From: Oikopleura dioica
Lineage: Eukaryota; Animalia; Chordata
Reading direction: 5' to 3'
DNA: 64,000 bases
Assembly (NCBI GenBank): GCA_907165135.1
Contig: OU015566.1
Coordinates: 248,001 to 312,000 of the forward strand
Made by a program: the position numbers and the translations under genes. The notes under the pieces were generated by a model, which saw only the letters and a program-made list of their open reading frames with translations, ran no database searches and was not told the origin of the DNA. Positions 24,517 to 36,124 of this stretch are shown one piece after another (the stretch's first letter is position 1; the number at the start of each line of letters is the position of its first letter).

Positions 24517-27336
24517 GATTTCGAAGCGTGGGCCCCGTCGGACCACTCGATCCTCTGCCCCGGGCGTGGCCACCCAGGCCACTGCCCCGGGCGAGGCCAC
24601 CCAACAGCCATCACCCTCAGACGTGACCGAGCTCACCCAACAGCCGAAAGCCTCAGACGCGGCCGAGCCCACCCAACAGCCACAAGCCTCAGACGCGGCC
24701 GAGGCCACCCAACAGCCACAAGCCTCTGACGCGGCTAAAGCCACCCAACAGTCACAAGCCTCCGACGCGGCCGAGGCCACCCAACAGCCACAAGCCTCAG
24801 ACGCGGCCGAAGCCACCCAACAGTCACAAGCCTCAGACGCGGCAGAGGCCACCCAACAGCCAACACCCTCAGACGCGGCCGAGCTCACCCAACAGCCACA
24901 AGCCTCAGACGCGGCCGAGGCCACCCAACAGCCACAAGCCTCAGACGCGGCCGAGGCCACCCAACAGCCACAAGCCTCAGACGCGGCAGAGGCCACCCAA
25001 CAGTCACAAGCCTCAGACGCGGCCGACGTCAGCCAACAGCCAAAAGCCGCTGCCCCAAAGAAAGGAGGTGAGTTTAAAAGGGAGGGGTAGGAGGTTAGAT
25101 AAGGGTGGGACGGTGGGTCAACAATAGTTCGCCACCCAGAAGAAGGGAGGGTAGGGTCGGCTGGTTATGTCCGATCTAGAAAGCAGGACAGCCAGTGACT
25201 CTATCTCTCTCATTTTTCGGGTGGTATTTAAGGAATTAGTTACACAAATAAGGGTGGGACGGTGGGACCACAATAGCTCGCCACCCAGAAGAAGGGAGGA
25301 TAGGGTCGGCTGGTTATGTCCGATCTAGGAAGCAGGACAGCCAGTGACTCTATCTCTCTCATTTTCGGGTGGTTCTAAGGGATAAGTTACACAAATAAGA
25401 GTGGGACGGTGGGACCACAATAGCTCGCCACCCAGAAGAAGGGAGGATAGGGTCGGCTGGTTATGTCCGATCTAGGAAGCAGGACAGCCAGTGACTCTAT
25501 CTCTCTCATTTTCGGGTGGTTCTAAGGGATAAGTTATATAATAAGGGTGGGACGGTGGGACCACAATAGCTCGCCACCCAGAAGAAGGGAGGATAGGGTC
25601 GGCTGGTTATGTCCGATCTAGGAAGCAGGACAGCCAGTGACTCTATCTCTCTCATTTTCGGGTGGTTCTAAGGGATAAGTTACATAATAAGGGTGGGACT
25701 GTGGGACCGCAATAGCTCGCCACCCAGAAGAAGGGAGGATAGGGTCGGCTGGTTATGTCTACTCTAGAAAGCAAGACAGCCAGTGATTCTATCTCTCCCT
25801 TTTTCGGGTGGTAGCTAGGGATAGAATAAGGATGGACCCGAAAAAGGGATAGATAGAATTACTGACTGTCTTGCTTTCTAGAGTAGACATAACCAACCGA
25901 CCCTACCCTCCCTTATCCTTAATCATTAATTAGTCTATCATCAACTAACGGTTTTTAGGTACCTTCGGCGGGCAGAAACGAGTTCCGGCGCACATCCAAA
26001 CCCAAGTGGATACACGTCTTGCGGGCGAAAAGTTCCCCGACTTCTCCGCCCGCTTTCACGACATTGTGAAAGTGTGCCTGTGTTTCGCTAACACCTGGCT
26101 AAAATGCCAAAATACCGCACACCGACTCACTATCTTGCACCTCACGCACGATGACTACGAAAAGGGAAAGGTGACGGACAAGGTACTTTTTAAACCAACG
26201 CTTCTTATTTAACATCATTTCTAGGCGTATAATCGCTCCATTTTACGCTACATCGGGACGTTCTCGAGCAAGCAGCTAGGGTCATGGGACAGGGTGCTGT
26301 CGGCAGGAGTGAAGATGACTGTCCCCCATCTTCCCTGCTTCGAGCCATCCTGCGACGCGCGGTCCGACAGCGTTTCCCTCCACACTGTATCATCTGGCGA
26401 CGAAACGGTAGTGTCGGCCGACAACAACTGGCTTGATATCGAAATGGAGGAGGAGCCAACCGAGTTCAGTCCAGGAAAGGGCCTCATATTAGGTAAGCCT
26501 ACTTTTCTTTCAGAAATTTATTGAAATTTATAGAAATCCGCAAGGATAGAGCTCCCAAAGACCGACATGTGCACAACTGGCTACCCTACCACCTAATCTC
26601 AATCTCCTACAAAGACGAGCACGATGAAACACGAATCTGGACACAAAGCTGGAAGGCCTTCCTCAAACTCAACCCTGAACAGGGAATGAACAAAGACCTA
26701 AGGAAAGGGGTGGAGAAGCTGAACAACACAATACACACGAAAAGCTTCTTGCCATGGCGCCGCTCTCTGTACATCGCTCAATGTCACTCGTAAGGAAAGT
26801 ATTTTACCACACCTCTAATATATATTCTAGCTATCTACTGCGCAAGTCGCGCAGAGCAAAGCGCCAGAACCTGAAAGAAGAGCTGGAAGGCGCGCGGGGT
26901 CTCAGCTTTGGTCGGTGGATGTAAGTAATATTTCAAGTTAATCAATTCTTATTCTTTAATTCAGGTCGAACGCTGTCGTCCTCAGCGACGCAGGGGAGAA
27001 GATAGACGAGTGGAACACCAGATTTGAGTGGGAAGCGGCATTCGCCGCTTCAATACGAGAATTCCAGGCGGATACGCTACAAAAACGCAGCGGGTTGGGA
27101 AGCGGCTCCAAGTACAGTGTCGTCATCGTAAGTTTATCAGATTCTTTTCAAATAAATGTGTTTTCTAGAGGTCGAAAAGGCAAGGACCCGGCCCGTGCAA
27201 GAAGAAAGGTCCGTCCAAGACGAAACGACCTGCCCCCTCCAAGACGAAGCGACCCGGCCCCTCGAAGACGAAGCGACCCGGCCCCTCGAAGACAAGACGA
27301 CCCGGCCCCGCTACGAAGAAAGCGAAGAAATCTTGA
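24517..27336 (+). CDS. Unknown multi-exon protein. Exons 24517-25067, 25959-26182, 26225-26492, 26534-26789, 26831-26920, 26965-27127, 27169-27336; 5' exon not located
   Basis: All junctions are GT-AG and phase-compatible; five introns are 41-44 bp; N-terminal 12-aa repeats and a C-terminal basic PSKTKRPG repeat tail. No domain recognised. Confidence 0.75.
24596..25030 (+). repeat. 36-bp coding minisatellite, ~12 copies (ATQQPQASDAAE)
   Basis: Directly visible in the DNA and the translation. Confidence 0.95.
25098..25912. repeat. Five tandem ~146-149-bp repeats followed by an inverted partial copy (intronic)
   Basis: Unit starts at ~25101, 25250, 25397, 25543 and 25689; 25836-25912 is the reverse complement of ~25733-25808. 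Confidence 0.95.
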
Positions 27337-27911
27337 CTGTCCTCCCCCCTTTTCTTCTCTCTCAATACAAGAGACAGTACAAGAAATTCAAAATCAAACG
27401 ATTAATAATTGTTTGATATGTAGTTTACTGTTTTTTGCAAGTGTTGGCAATGTATGCAGGCAAGTTGTTGATAGAAATGCTCATAATTGAAAAGAATTCA
27501 GTCGAAATCAATTTTAAGGATAGAAAATAAAATTTATTTTAATTTCAATACAGTTGATACAGAATAAGATGTTGTAAATACGGAATACATTTGATATTCA
27601 CGAGAAAAAACCGAATTTTGCAGGTAAAATTGTGACATTTTAAAGGAAGAATCACCCGAAGTCACAATCACAATATTCTTAATGATTGAGTTTCATTTTA
27701 TCAAGAAGTAGGCAGATGCGATCAATACGACAGATAAAAAAACATATGTTTCATTTCAAAGTTCAATTTTCAAGTAAACTTCGGCTTTGAAAGCTTAACC
27801 CAAATTTTGTTTCATTTTGACTTTGTGATGAGGAAGGAGAAGCTGTTACAGTTAAATTGAGGTCAGTATCCAAAAGAGGGCGTTGAGAGCACGAGGTTTC
27901 CCGCTGAGAGC

Positions 27912-28457
27912 TTACTTCATCTTAGTCACGTAAACACTGCAGGTGAGGAGCTTAGTTAGATTGTATCCGCTCTTTCTGAAACTACTTTGATTTTCGTGCT
28001 GTATTTCAACCAGTTTGGGAATGTCAGACCAGTTTGGAATGTTTTCCAGGAACTCTTTTTTAGTAGACTTGTTCTTTATCAAATGTGGCTCGATCGGGAG
28101 TCCAGTCGAAATTTGAGGCCAATGAAATCTGTATCGAGAGTCAGGATCTTCAGTCAAAATATTCTCCATGAGAAATCCAAAATCGATTTTGATCCGAAAG
28201 ACTGGTGAAATCACATCGAAGATATCTTCAATGAGATTGTTCAAATCAAAATCTTTGTTAATAAGCAATCTCAAATGAGCCGTTTCGACGACTCGTCCTG
28301 GTTTTGGAGGAGGAATGATAAGCCTGTTGTGTAGCTGACCAACTCTCTCTGTCTGTCTAAAGTAATCAAGCTCCTCTTCTTCAAGTGGTAGATGAATTCC
28401 ACCGTATTCTTTACGAAGTGCTTCTAAATCTGCTCTTTCTGATGGATAAAAAGGCAT
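27912..28457 (-). CDS. Polinton ORF (~181 aa), candidate stand-alone terminal-protein-like domain
   Basis: FRIKIDFGFLM...RYRFHWP...PHLI...SGYNLTKLLTCSVYVTK resembles the FKINxSFGFIL..RYF...VxK region at the N-terminus of many Polinton pPolBs (recalled similarity, not searched). Confidence 0.55.
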   Translation of the reverse strand: MPFYPSERADLEALRKEYGGIHLPLEEEELDYFRQTERVGQLHNRLIIPPPKPGRVVETAHLRLLINKDFDLNNLIEDIFDVISPVFRIKIDFGFLMENILTEDPDSRYRFHWPQISTGLPIEPHLIKNKSTKKEFLENIPNWSDIPKLVEIQHENQSSFRKSGYNLTKLLTCSVYVTKMK

Positions 28458-28520
28458 TTTATAAGAAAGTACCGAGAAAAATTGATTTATATTCACCCAA
28501 ATTTATTCACTTGGAACAGA

Positions 28521-31500
28521 TTAAAGGATTTCCCCGTTGAGGGTCAGTGGTTTACATGTGACGCCGTCCGACATGACTCGAAGCTTTACAAAAATATTCG
28601 AGAGAACTTTCTTTTCGATGGAAATTCGTTTCACAATATTGTCGTTAGTCGAGCGTAACATGCGAACTTTGCATGTGTTACTAGTGGTTACAGTTTCATT
28701 TAGACAATCAAGAAATTCTTGAAGTTTGAGCTCGTGATTGTGAGGAACTCCTTTCGTTGATCGCTTTGTCTGTTTGTTTTCTTCATCATAGCCAAAGTAC
28801 ATCTTGTTTCCAAGACAAACAAGTGCGCCATTATTCGTTTGCCATTCCGCTTAAAAAACTTGGTATCTATTCGAAACATCAGCAAACCTTTAAGAAGTCC
28901 AGGAGTTTTGTGATTTAGAGTTGTATCTTCAAGGACAATCCATTTATGCCAAACTTGTAGAAATTCGTCCATGAGTTCTTCCCGAACACAAGGTAGTAAA
29001 GCGGCTTCCATCTGTGACCTTGTTGTTTTACCGTCCGTTCCGCTTCGAGTGAACGCTAAAATATGATTATAAGTGACAGAAAATATAAACTTACATATTG
29101 CCAAACTGTCTGTATCGCAATAGTTCAGCTTGTAGGATCCAGGTCTCAGGTATTTGTGAAGAAATTTATAAACAAAGGAGAGAAAGTGAAGTTTCGAGTT
29201 TTGAAGAATAGCCACACCAAGAACAGTTGGCTTGTCATCTTTGATGCGTAACTTGTCGAAAATGACTTCGGAAATTTCATACTCACCGTTTTCTTGAGAG
29301 AGTGTCTCATGAGATTTAAATGTTGGCTTTATAATTGACTTTTTCAGTTGCTTATCATTGTTAAATTTGGTATTTGGTCGGTCGACCTGTTCGATGGCTT
29401 TACCGAAACCACCGCAATTGCCAATCGTTTTAAATGCAAGAGCAAGAGCAGTATTCTTGTCATCAAGAGCATTGACTCGACCATGAGTAATATTGTCAGC
29501 ATAATCACTTAGACTTTTAGTTGCTCGAAATTGGGTGAAAGATTGAATGTTAGTTACTTCTAAGCCTAGGTCAAGATAAAATTTCACTAATGTTGTCAAG
29601 AGAAACATACTCTTACCATTATATGTTTGTACGACCGTTTCTTGATCGCATTTGCTTCCGGTTTTTTCAAATTGAGCTTTCATATAAGGACTCAAATGCT
29701 CGTTTGTGATTTTCATTCGCTGAATCACTGGCGGAAAATTTATGTACGAGATTTGATCAAAGACCTCTTTCGGACAAGAAACATCCGCTACAATAAATCC
29801 ATATATCTCGTCATTTCGAATGCCGTCGAGAATGCTCTTTTCGGACTCTTTGAGTTTAAATATCCGACCCCAGTATTTTGAAACACGGTCGACATAATAT
29901 CTATTACGACGATGGATCCATTCACATTCGCGCATAATATGAACAGTCCCTTTTCTGGACAAAATGCGCTTTTTCTTCTCAAACTCATGGTCAGCCTGAC
30001 CTGGATTGCAATCAACGCAGTATTGATGAAAATAACAACCTAAGAACTCAAAATAGTGATGTTTTCCATCAACACAAGCGTAGCCATCAATTTTATAATT
30101 AAGAACCTGATGCTCACCCCTGAAATATTGATGTTCGAGTCTGAGTCGCTCACCATTAGCTTGAACCAACAAGGGGCTGAATTCATCAATATATGTGAGC
30201 CACTGGAGTGCGGCAAGAGAGTTATCTGTCGTCATGATCGATTTGCGGAAGACGGAATTGTCGATTTTTTGCCATCGTATACCTTATTATATAGTGAGGT
30301 CAGAAATCAAAGAAGCTTTACCTGGGGTGGATGGTAGCAACATTTTTTGAGCGAAGAGGTACAAGGCATTGAAGTCGAAAAAGACTATCTTTGTGAACGG
30401 ATCCCCATTCGGCGCAAACTTTGCATTTTCCGGAGCATCCACGTCGGGTCGAAGTTCAGTATAGCGAGAGTAGACGTTCACAGGACCACCAATTATATTA
30501 TCACGTAAGAGTTTGTGTTCCTTGTGATAATTTCGGTGGAACGAAACTATATAAATGTCATGAAAGTCAACAAGAATATCTTACATGTAAGCGGGGAATT
30601 CTTCGAGTAACCTTCAAAAACACACGCCATCGCAAATTTGGGCAAGCTCATACAGAAAGAAGGGTCAATTTTAAAAGTCTCGAAAAATAATTTGAATTGA
30701 TTGTCAATTGCTTTCGCAAAAGGGGTGACATCTGTCAAATTGTAGTGTTTGAGCCAATGACCCATAGAATAATTTTGATCTCGTCTTTGATTTCTATAAA
30801 ACTCAGATCTGAAAAGTTCATAATCTTCCTCAGAGATTTCCTTATTCTTGAGACTAGAAAAAAATTCATCTCTTGGAGGGAAATTTTTATCGTTCATGAT
30901 ATCAAAGACGCTGCGATATTTTTCATATGGCCAAATCGCTTTTCCTTCCTCGACTCCTCCTTGCTTGAGATATCCAGCCAAATCAGTTGGAGTGCTGAAT
31001 AGTTTGGCATCCTTGAATTGATATGTTGGCGTTGACATTGAGAAATAATGAGTGCCTTTTTTAATACTAGTGAATTTTGACCCATACTTTTTCATAAGAA
31101 TGGGTATAAGGTAGGGACTTAAAACTTTCAAATCAAATTTAGCACTATTGAAACCGTAAATGTCCATTTTCGCATAGTTTGTGAGCTCTCGTCGCAGATA
31201 TCGAACTTTCATCTTTCGCTCGGCATTGACTAGAAACTGGTCAGCAATTTTCTTGTTTCTAAATTACCTGAGTTGATATCGATGTTTTTGAGATTCTGGA
31301 TTGCATCTTTTAGCTCAGAGGGAAGATACGTTTCTTCAGAGACAGCAAGGTCTTCAATTTCGTCGACAAATTTTTGAACAAGTTGTTTCGCGGCATCATT
31401 TTCATCACTCCGCCTTATCAAGAACCGCTGGTATCCAAAATTACTCCCGATTGCGATGGAAAGAAGTCGAAGTTCCGAATGAACAGTTGTTGACTTGGTC

Positions 31501-32453
31501 GTTTCCTCAATCGGTCTCTCCATCGTTTCGATGTCAAACGTAACTAGATTTTTGAATTTTCAAAAAATCTCACAATAAAGCTTACCGAATCTTGTCTTTC
31601 TGAACTTTCTCATCTCAGAAGACAGGAAACCAGCTTGAATCGCCTCCTCGATTGGATTTATTGAGACCCCGTAAGCTCGCTGGGTTGGAGTAATTTTTTT
31701 GACACGAGCCTTACATTTCAAATCATGTTTTTTAAACAACGTCTCAAAATATGTTTCAAATCCACATTTCGGATTCAAACATTTGTAAAATGTTGCTAAA
31801 TTATTCATGTTGAAAATAAATCTGAGGGTTAGCGCGTTTTCGGACATAAGCTCGTCTTTGTCAACAATAAAGTTGAGAGTCCGCGTAGAGTCATCGGCTC
31901 GAAATGTTTGCAAGAGCTCTAATTTGACTTGTGAACGCTGGTCAGGCAGATGAGACGTGCCCAAAGAGAAAAAATTTGTCTCCGCATTCAATTTTTTCGC
32001 ATATTTTGATAATTCCCTCGAAAAGACTTGATCCGGTCCATCGAATAAACTTAATCCCTGAATTTTAAACGAAAAATCATTTATGTTCTTGAGTCTGCCT
32101 TTTCTGTCCAATTTACTGAGAAAAATGTCGAAAGAATAAAGGTAAAAATATGACTCGCCTTCTTCAACAAATTTTTGCGATTTTTTAACAACCACATCGT
32201 CAACTAAAACAAGTTTTATCGATTTTTTACATTTAGACTTCACTCTAAGGATTTCAAGTTGATAAAAGTCTAAAATTGGTTCCGTGGCAAGAGAAGAGCT
32301 ATTTACTGATAGATGGTAAATATGGGAAATGAACTGTCGATGAGCTAATTTTCCGTCCTTAAAAAGTTTGGTGTAATCCTCTGTGCATCGCTGAAGCTCT
32401 CCGAGAGTTATCCATGGATTTAACCCAGGAAAAAAGAGATTATACCTTTTCAT
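28521..32453 (-). CDS. POLB: Protein-primed family B DNA polymerase, 1232 aa after removing 6 introns (31544-31585, 31230-31267, 30547-30584, 30283-30321, 29056-29094, 28850-28887)
   Basis: Exo I VTFDIET, Exo II FNSAKFD, IIGGPV, pol A DFNALY, pol B KTIGNCGGFG, pol C YCDTDS, TPGLLKAE and STKGV; the spliced length of 3699 nt is in frame. Confidence 0.95.
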
Positions 32454-32494
32454 GCTTGAGACTTGACGCTCACTCTTTTTATAACAACGTTGAC

Positions 32495-32554
32495 TTGCGC
32501 CACCAGCTCAACCAAATTCTAAAAAGTCAATTTTGCGCCACCAGCTCAACCAAA
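32495..32554. promoter_or_regulatory. Perfect 22-bp direct repeat upstream of pPolB
   Basis: TTGCGCCACCAGCTCAACCAAA at 32495-32516 and 32533-32554. Confidence 0.6.
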
Positions 32555-32612
32555 CTCGATTTCGCGACTATTTCCTGCAAATAAACAAAACAAAAATTAT
32601 TTCAATGGACGT

Positions 32613-33092
32613 CTATTGAATCTCAACTGAGTAGAATGAAACAAGCATGAAAACAGGGTAACCAGTTTGGATAGAAACGGCCAGTTCGAAGCCCTGTCGT
32701 CGCAGGCGGGATCGGCGGCGTGGAGTTCGATCAACAAGGAGAACCGCGGAGTCGACGACAGTAAGATGGAAATTTTCTTGCTCGGCGATGCGGGTGCAAA
32801 GTCGTCCGTCCAGGTCATTAAACTCGTCGCTACCAATTACGACGTCCATCGTATAGGGATGAAGAGCTCCAAGCCGAAATCGGACAAGCTGGAGAACGCC
32901 ATCATCGTTCTTGACGCAGTAGAAACCTTTGTAGCTAGTCAGCCAAGGATGTGTCTCAGCGGCGGTGTAAATCAATTCCAGAAAAAAGCGTAGCTGAGGA
33001 ATGGGGTGTGTTCGAGCCGTTTCCATCCGAAAGTCAAGGTCAGGCTGATCGTTACCGGGTTGCTCAACTTCCAGATCGCTATCAGAATCCAT
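32613..33092 (-). CDS. Polinton accessory protein (159 aa), paralog of 34099-34602
   Basis: Clean ATG ORF; shares PWL..Y.G...V..G..QL..F...IGSD and a C-terminal YS motif with 34099-34602. Confidence 0.8.
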   Translation of the reverse strand: MDSDSDLEVEQPGNDQPDLDFRMETARTHPIPQLRFFLELIYTAAETHPWLTSYKGFYCVKNDDGVLQLVRFRLGALHPYTMDVVIGSDEFNDLDGRLCTRIAEQENFHLTVVDSAVLLVDRTPRRRSRLRRQGFELAVSIQTGYPVFMLVSFYSVEIQ

Positions 33093-33297
33093 CTTCTTAA
33101 TCTTTCTCGATTTTCGGACTAAGTCTTTGAGCTTTTCGAAAAAAAAATTTTGCTGTCTTCTTTTCCTTCAGCTCAGCCTTTTTATTTTCAACTCAATTTC
33201 TAGCGCCTCGAATTCTGAAAAGCGCGCCGCGAGTCTGAGCGCCATCGGGGAAATGAGATAAATCCGGGATCAGGGTGAATTGTGAGTATAATTGAAA

Positions 33298-33902
33298 ATG
33301 TCAACTATTGACTATCAATTAAAACCCCTCCCAGAGACTGAAATTGTTCTTTTTTGTCTCGGCTGCGACAGAAAAAATACAGACAACTACCAAGTCGATT
33401 ATCTGGAGCCCGATGATGACATAGAAGACAAAGCTTTTAGCGTTTGGCTGGTATGCGAATTCTGCGCGAAGGAAATAACAATCGCCTTTACTCCTGAGGA
33501 ATGGAACCTTTTCGCCAGTCAGGCTGACAAACAAGAAGACCAATACTTTTCGAGAGTTTCAGCAGTCGCATTTTGCAAAACCTATTTGCTTTCGGATTGC
33601 TACGGTGACTTGTTTATCAAAGCTCAACAACGAAAAATGGCTCGACGAGAAATTGACAAAGATGAGGAAAAAGTTTGTATCTTTTGCCACGAAGATGATG
33701 TCAAAATGGTATTTCTTCCGATTTTCAGCATTCTTCTAATTATTTTTAGATTTCTAGTCCCTGCAAGCATTTTTATTGTGAAAAATGCTATGCGAAACAT
33801 CGCGAAATATCTCCACGAAAAGATGACTGTGCGTTCTGCAGAATTCCATTTCGATACACCCGATTCTCCGACATTGTCGCTGAAAAAAGAAGAAACGACT
33901 AA
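33298..33902 (+). CDS. C3HC4 RING-finger protein with N-terminal CxxC/CxxC zinc ribbon (187 aa; intron 33709-33749)
   Basis: Spliced sequence CIFCHEDDVKMISSPCKHFYCEKC...CAFCRIPF. Confidence 0.9.
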
Positions 33903-34098
33903 AAGATCTTTTCGCTTTCACTTTTCTGTCCATGTGCACCTAGGCAATCTGTTTTCAATAAAAGAAAGTGCATGAAATTGAAGGTGCGTGTAATTTGCAG
34001 GTGACATATGACCTTAGTGAGGCGCTAGAACTCAAGCTCTGATATAAGCGAAGGTTTGAAACAAGAATCATCAAAAATTGAAATAAGTCTTTTTCGAA

Positions 34099-34602
34099 AT
34101 GGAAATCAACAATCAAAACGAGTTGGCCCCTTCTTATGATGACGTTCTGAATGAAGAATATGAGGCCCAGCAGCGAGAAAATGAATTTTCATTATTTCAA
34201 ATCCCCGGCTTAAAACGAAAAATGAAAAATTTTGCCAGAAAAAGCGTCACAGTTCCATGGCTCTATGACTACCGAGGATATATTATTGTCGGACGGTCTG
34301 AGAATGGTACTGTCCAGTTGTTGCAGTTTTTGGAAGGACTGCAAAATTCGCGCATGATGACAGCGACGATCGGGTCAGATGCCGACATCGACATTTCTGG
34401 GACGCCAGTTTTTGCAATGGGATCGCTGCCAGATGCTAGAAAAATGAATATCGTCAGCGTTAACGACTTCATTGCAATCACCGACGATAGGCTGCTCCAA
34501 ACAATGGAGCTTGAGAATGAAGGAACTCAGCTTGCGATTACAATGGACGACGACGGAGAACTTCACTACAATATGGTACGAATCTACTCAATTACTCTGT
34601 AA
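34099..34602 (+). CDS. Polinton accessory protein (167 aa), paralog of 32613-33092
   Basis: Clean ATG ORF with the similarity noted above. Confidence 0.8.
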   Translation: MEINNQNELAPSYDDVLNEEYEAQQRENEFSLFQIPGLKRKMKNFARKSVTVPWLYDYRGYIIVGRSENGTVQLLQFLEGLQNSRMMTATIGSDADIDISGTPVFAMGSLPDARKMNIVSVNDFIAITDDRLLQTMELENEGTQLAITMDDDGELHYNMVRIYSITL

Positions 34603-34762
34603 TTCTTTCACTACTGTTCATTCTCGATTGTTGAGAATTTTTCCTGCTCTTTCATTTTCTTTCTTTGTTTTGACTCATGCAAACAATCTTTATTGAAATA
34701 AAAGTCCTTTTTTCACTGCAATAACTGTTTATTTTTTTTTTGAGGCAAAGTGGATGGGCAGT

Positions 34763-35676
34763 CTAATATTTTTTAAGGCTGTGATTGATGGACAGGGTAG
34801 TCGGTTGTTTTCGTTGGCGAACTGCTCGAGCTAGAATGTTTGTTAGTTCAATTTCCTTTTCTTGTGTTTTTCTACCTTGCTGCTCAACGGATGGCTGGGC
34901 GCGAGTGTTTGTTGACGCGAGTGTGGACGTTCGAACTGAAGCGTTCCACGGAGGTCGGCAGGCGATTTGTGATGCTTTCGGTTGGGACAAGCGAGCGGAA
35001 GATTTCTTTTGTGCGGAAGCGGAAGGAAGTGCGCGTGCGGTAGTTTGAATGCGAGGAGTAGTCATATTTCGTGATGTGGAAGATGTTCCAGCGAGAGAGA
35101 TTGGCGTAGAATTGCGTGCTGCGGAAGTTTGCGAGGTAGTTCCAGTCGAAGACGCAGCAGAAGCATTTGCTCGTGGACCGGTCGTGGAGAGGTCAATTGG
35201 TAAGTCGAAGGAGTTGTCCCACTCAAGTTCAGGCACGCCAGTCTGAGTTTGCGCTAAAAATAAGAATTATTATGAGCTGGTTCGAAAAAATATCTCAAAC
35301 CTTGTGGCTGCTGGGAGATCGTTTGCTGAGAAGAAGGACGCAGAGCTTCTTGTCGATGAGCTTCTTGTTGGGTAGCGCTGGAATGCTGTGCTTCTGGTTG
35401 ATGAGTAGCAGGTCTTGTTGAGGTTTTCACGACGACGATGGCTGAATAATAATGTCAATAACACGATAGCAAATTATATTTATTTTGTATGAAATCAAAT
35501 ACCTTGAATAATAAGACGAAAGACGAAATAAAGCCAGATGAGGATGATTACAATTATCGCAACTTCTTTAGAAAAGAACTTGATTAAACAGTCTTTACTT
35601 GGCTCAAAAAATTGTCTAATAAAGATTCTAACAGATTTTTGAACCCTTATCCTGAGTACGAGACACAAAAAATCAT
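34763..35676 (-). CDS. Single-pass membrane protein C (~253 aa; introns 35616-35659, 35442-35502, 35254-35300)
   Basis: MIFCVSQFFEPSKDCLIKFFSKE, TM VAIIVIILIWLYFVFRLIIQAIVVV, then an S/T-rich tail; phases are compatible. Confidence 0.65.
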
Positions 35677-36124
35677 GTCTCTATCGCCATCGTTTCCCTG
35701 AGGACTTGTTGTCGTTTCCAGACCTGTTGGCATCGTTGGTTTAGGCGACATCGTTGTTGGTGGTCTTCGACCCATCATTCTTTTGTCTCTCTCTTAAAAT
35801 TATAAGAAAATAAACTATAAGAGAGTGTCCTTTTTAGCAGATATGAAGAACTTGGAAGAAAGGCACACGATCGAAGAGCTGGCAGATAGTCAGATGAGTA
35901 GAAACGCTGGTAACTTGGAGGATTGAAAGGATGGCACACGGTAGAAGCGCTGGCGGACGGAAGAGATGAGTGGAAGCGCTGGCAACTAGGAAGAAGGCAC
36001 ACAGGAGGCTGAAGATGATATCAGACTGATTGTTTATGATTTTGGAAGCTTACATGAGTTATTGAGGTCTAGATGTCTTCTGGAAGATGTGTAGGTCGTG
36101 AGATGACCAGGTCTATGTTAAGTT

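Noticed and set aside
24499-24996. Antisense Cys/Trp-rich ORF (also 42513-42986 and 46416-46958)
   Set aside because: Shadow ORFs of stop-free repeats or low-complexity coding sequence on the other strand or frame.
24596-25912. 36-bp and 147-bp arrays as CRISPR
   Set aside because: No unique spacers, eukaryotic context, no cas genes.
28521-32453. pPolB as a frameshifted pseudogene
   Set aside because: Every break coincides with a phase-compatible GT-AG intron, and the spliced ORF is complete.
35186-35203. PIDLS as an E1A-like CtBP-binding motif
   Set aside because: It lies in the tail of a predicted membrane protein, and a 5-residue match is likely by chance; coordinates approximate.
35680-36110. 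Additional spliced gene between membrane genes B and C
   Set aside because: Exon-like pieces are present, but I could not build a consistent start-to-stop model.
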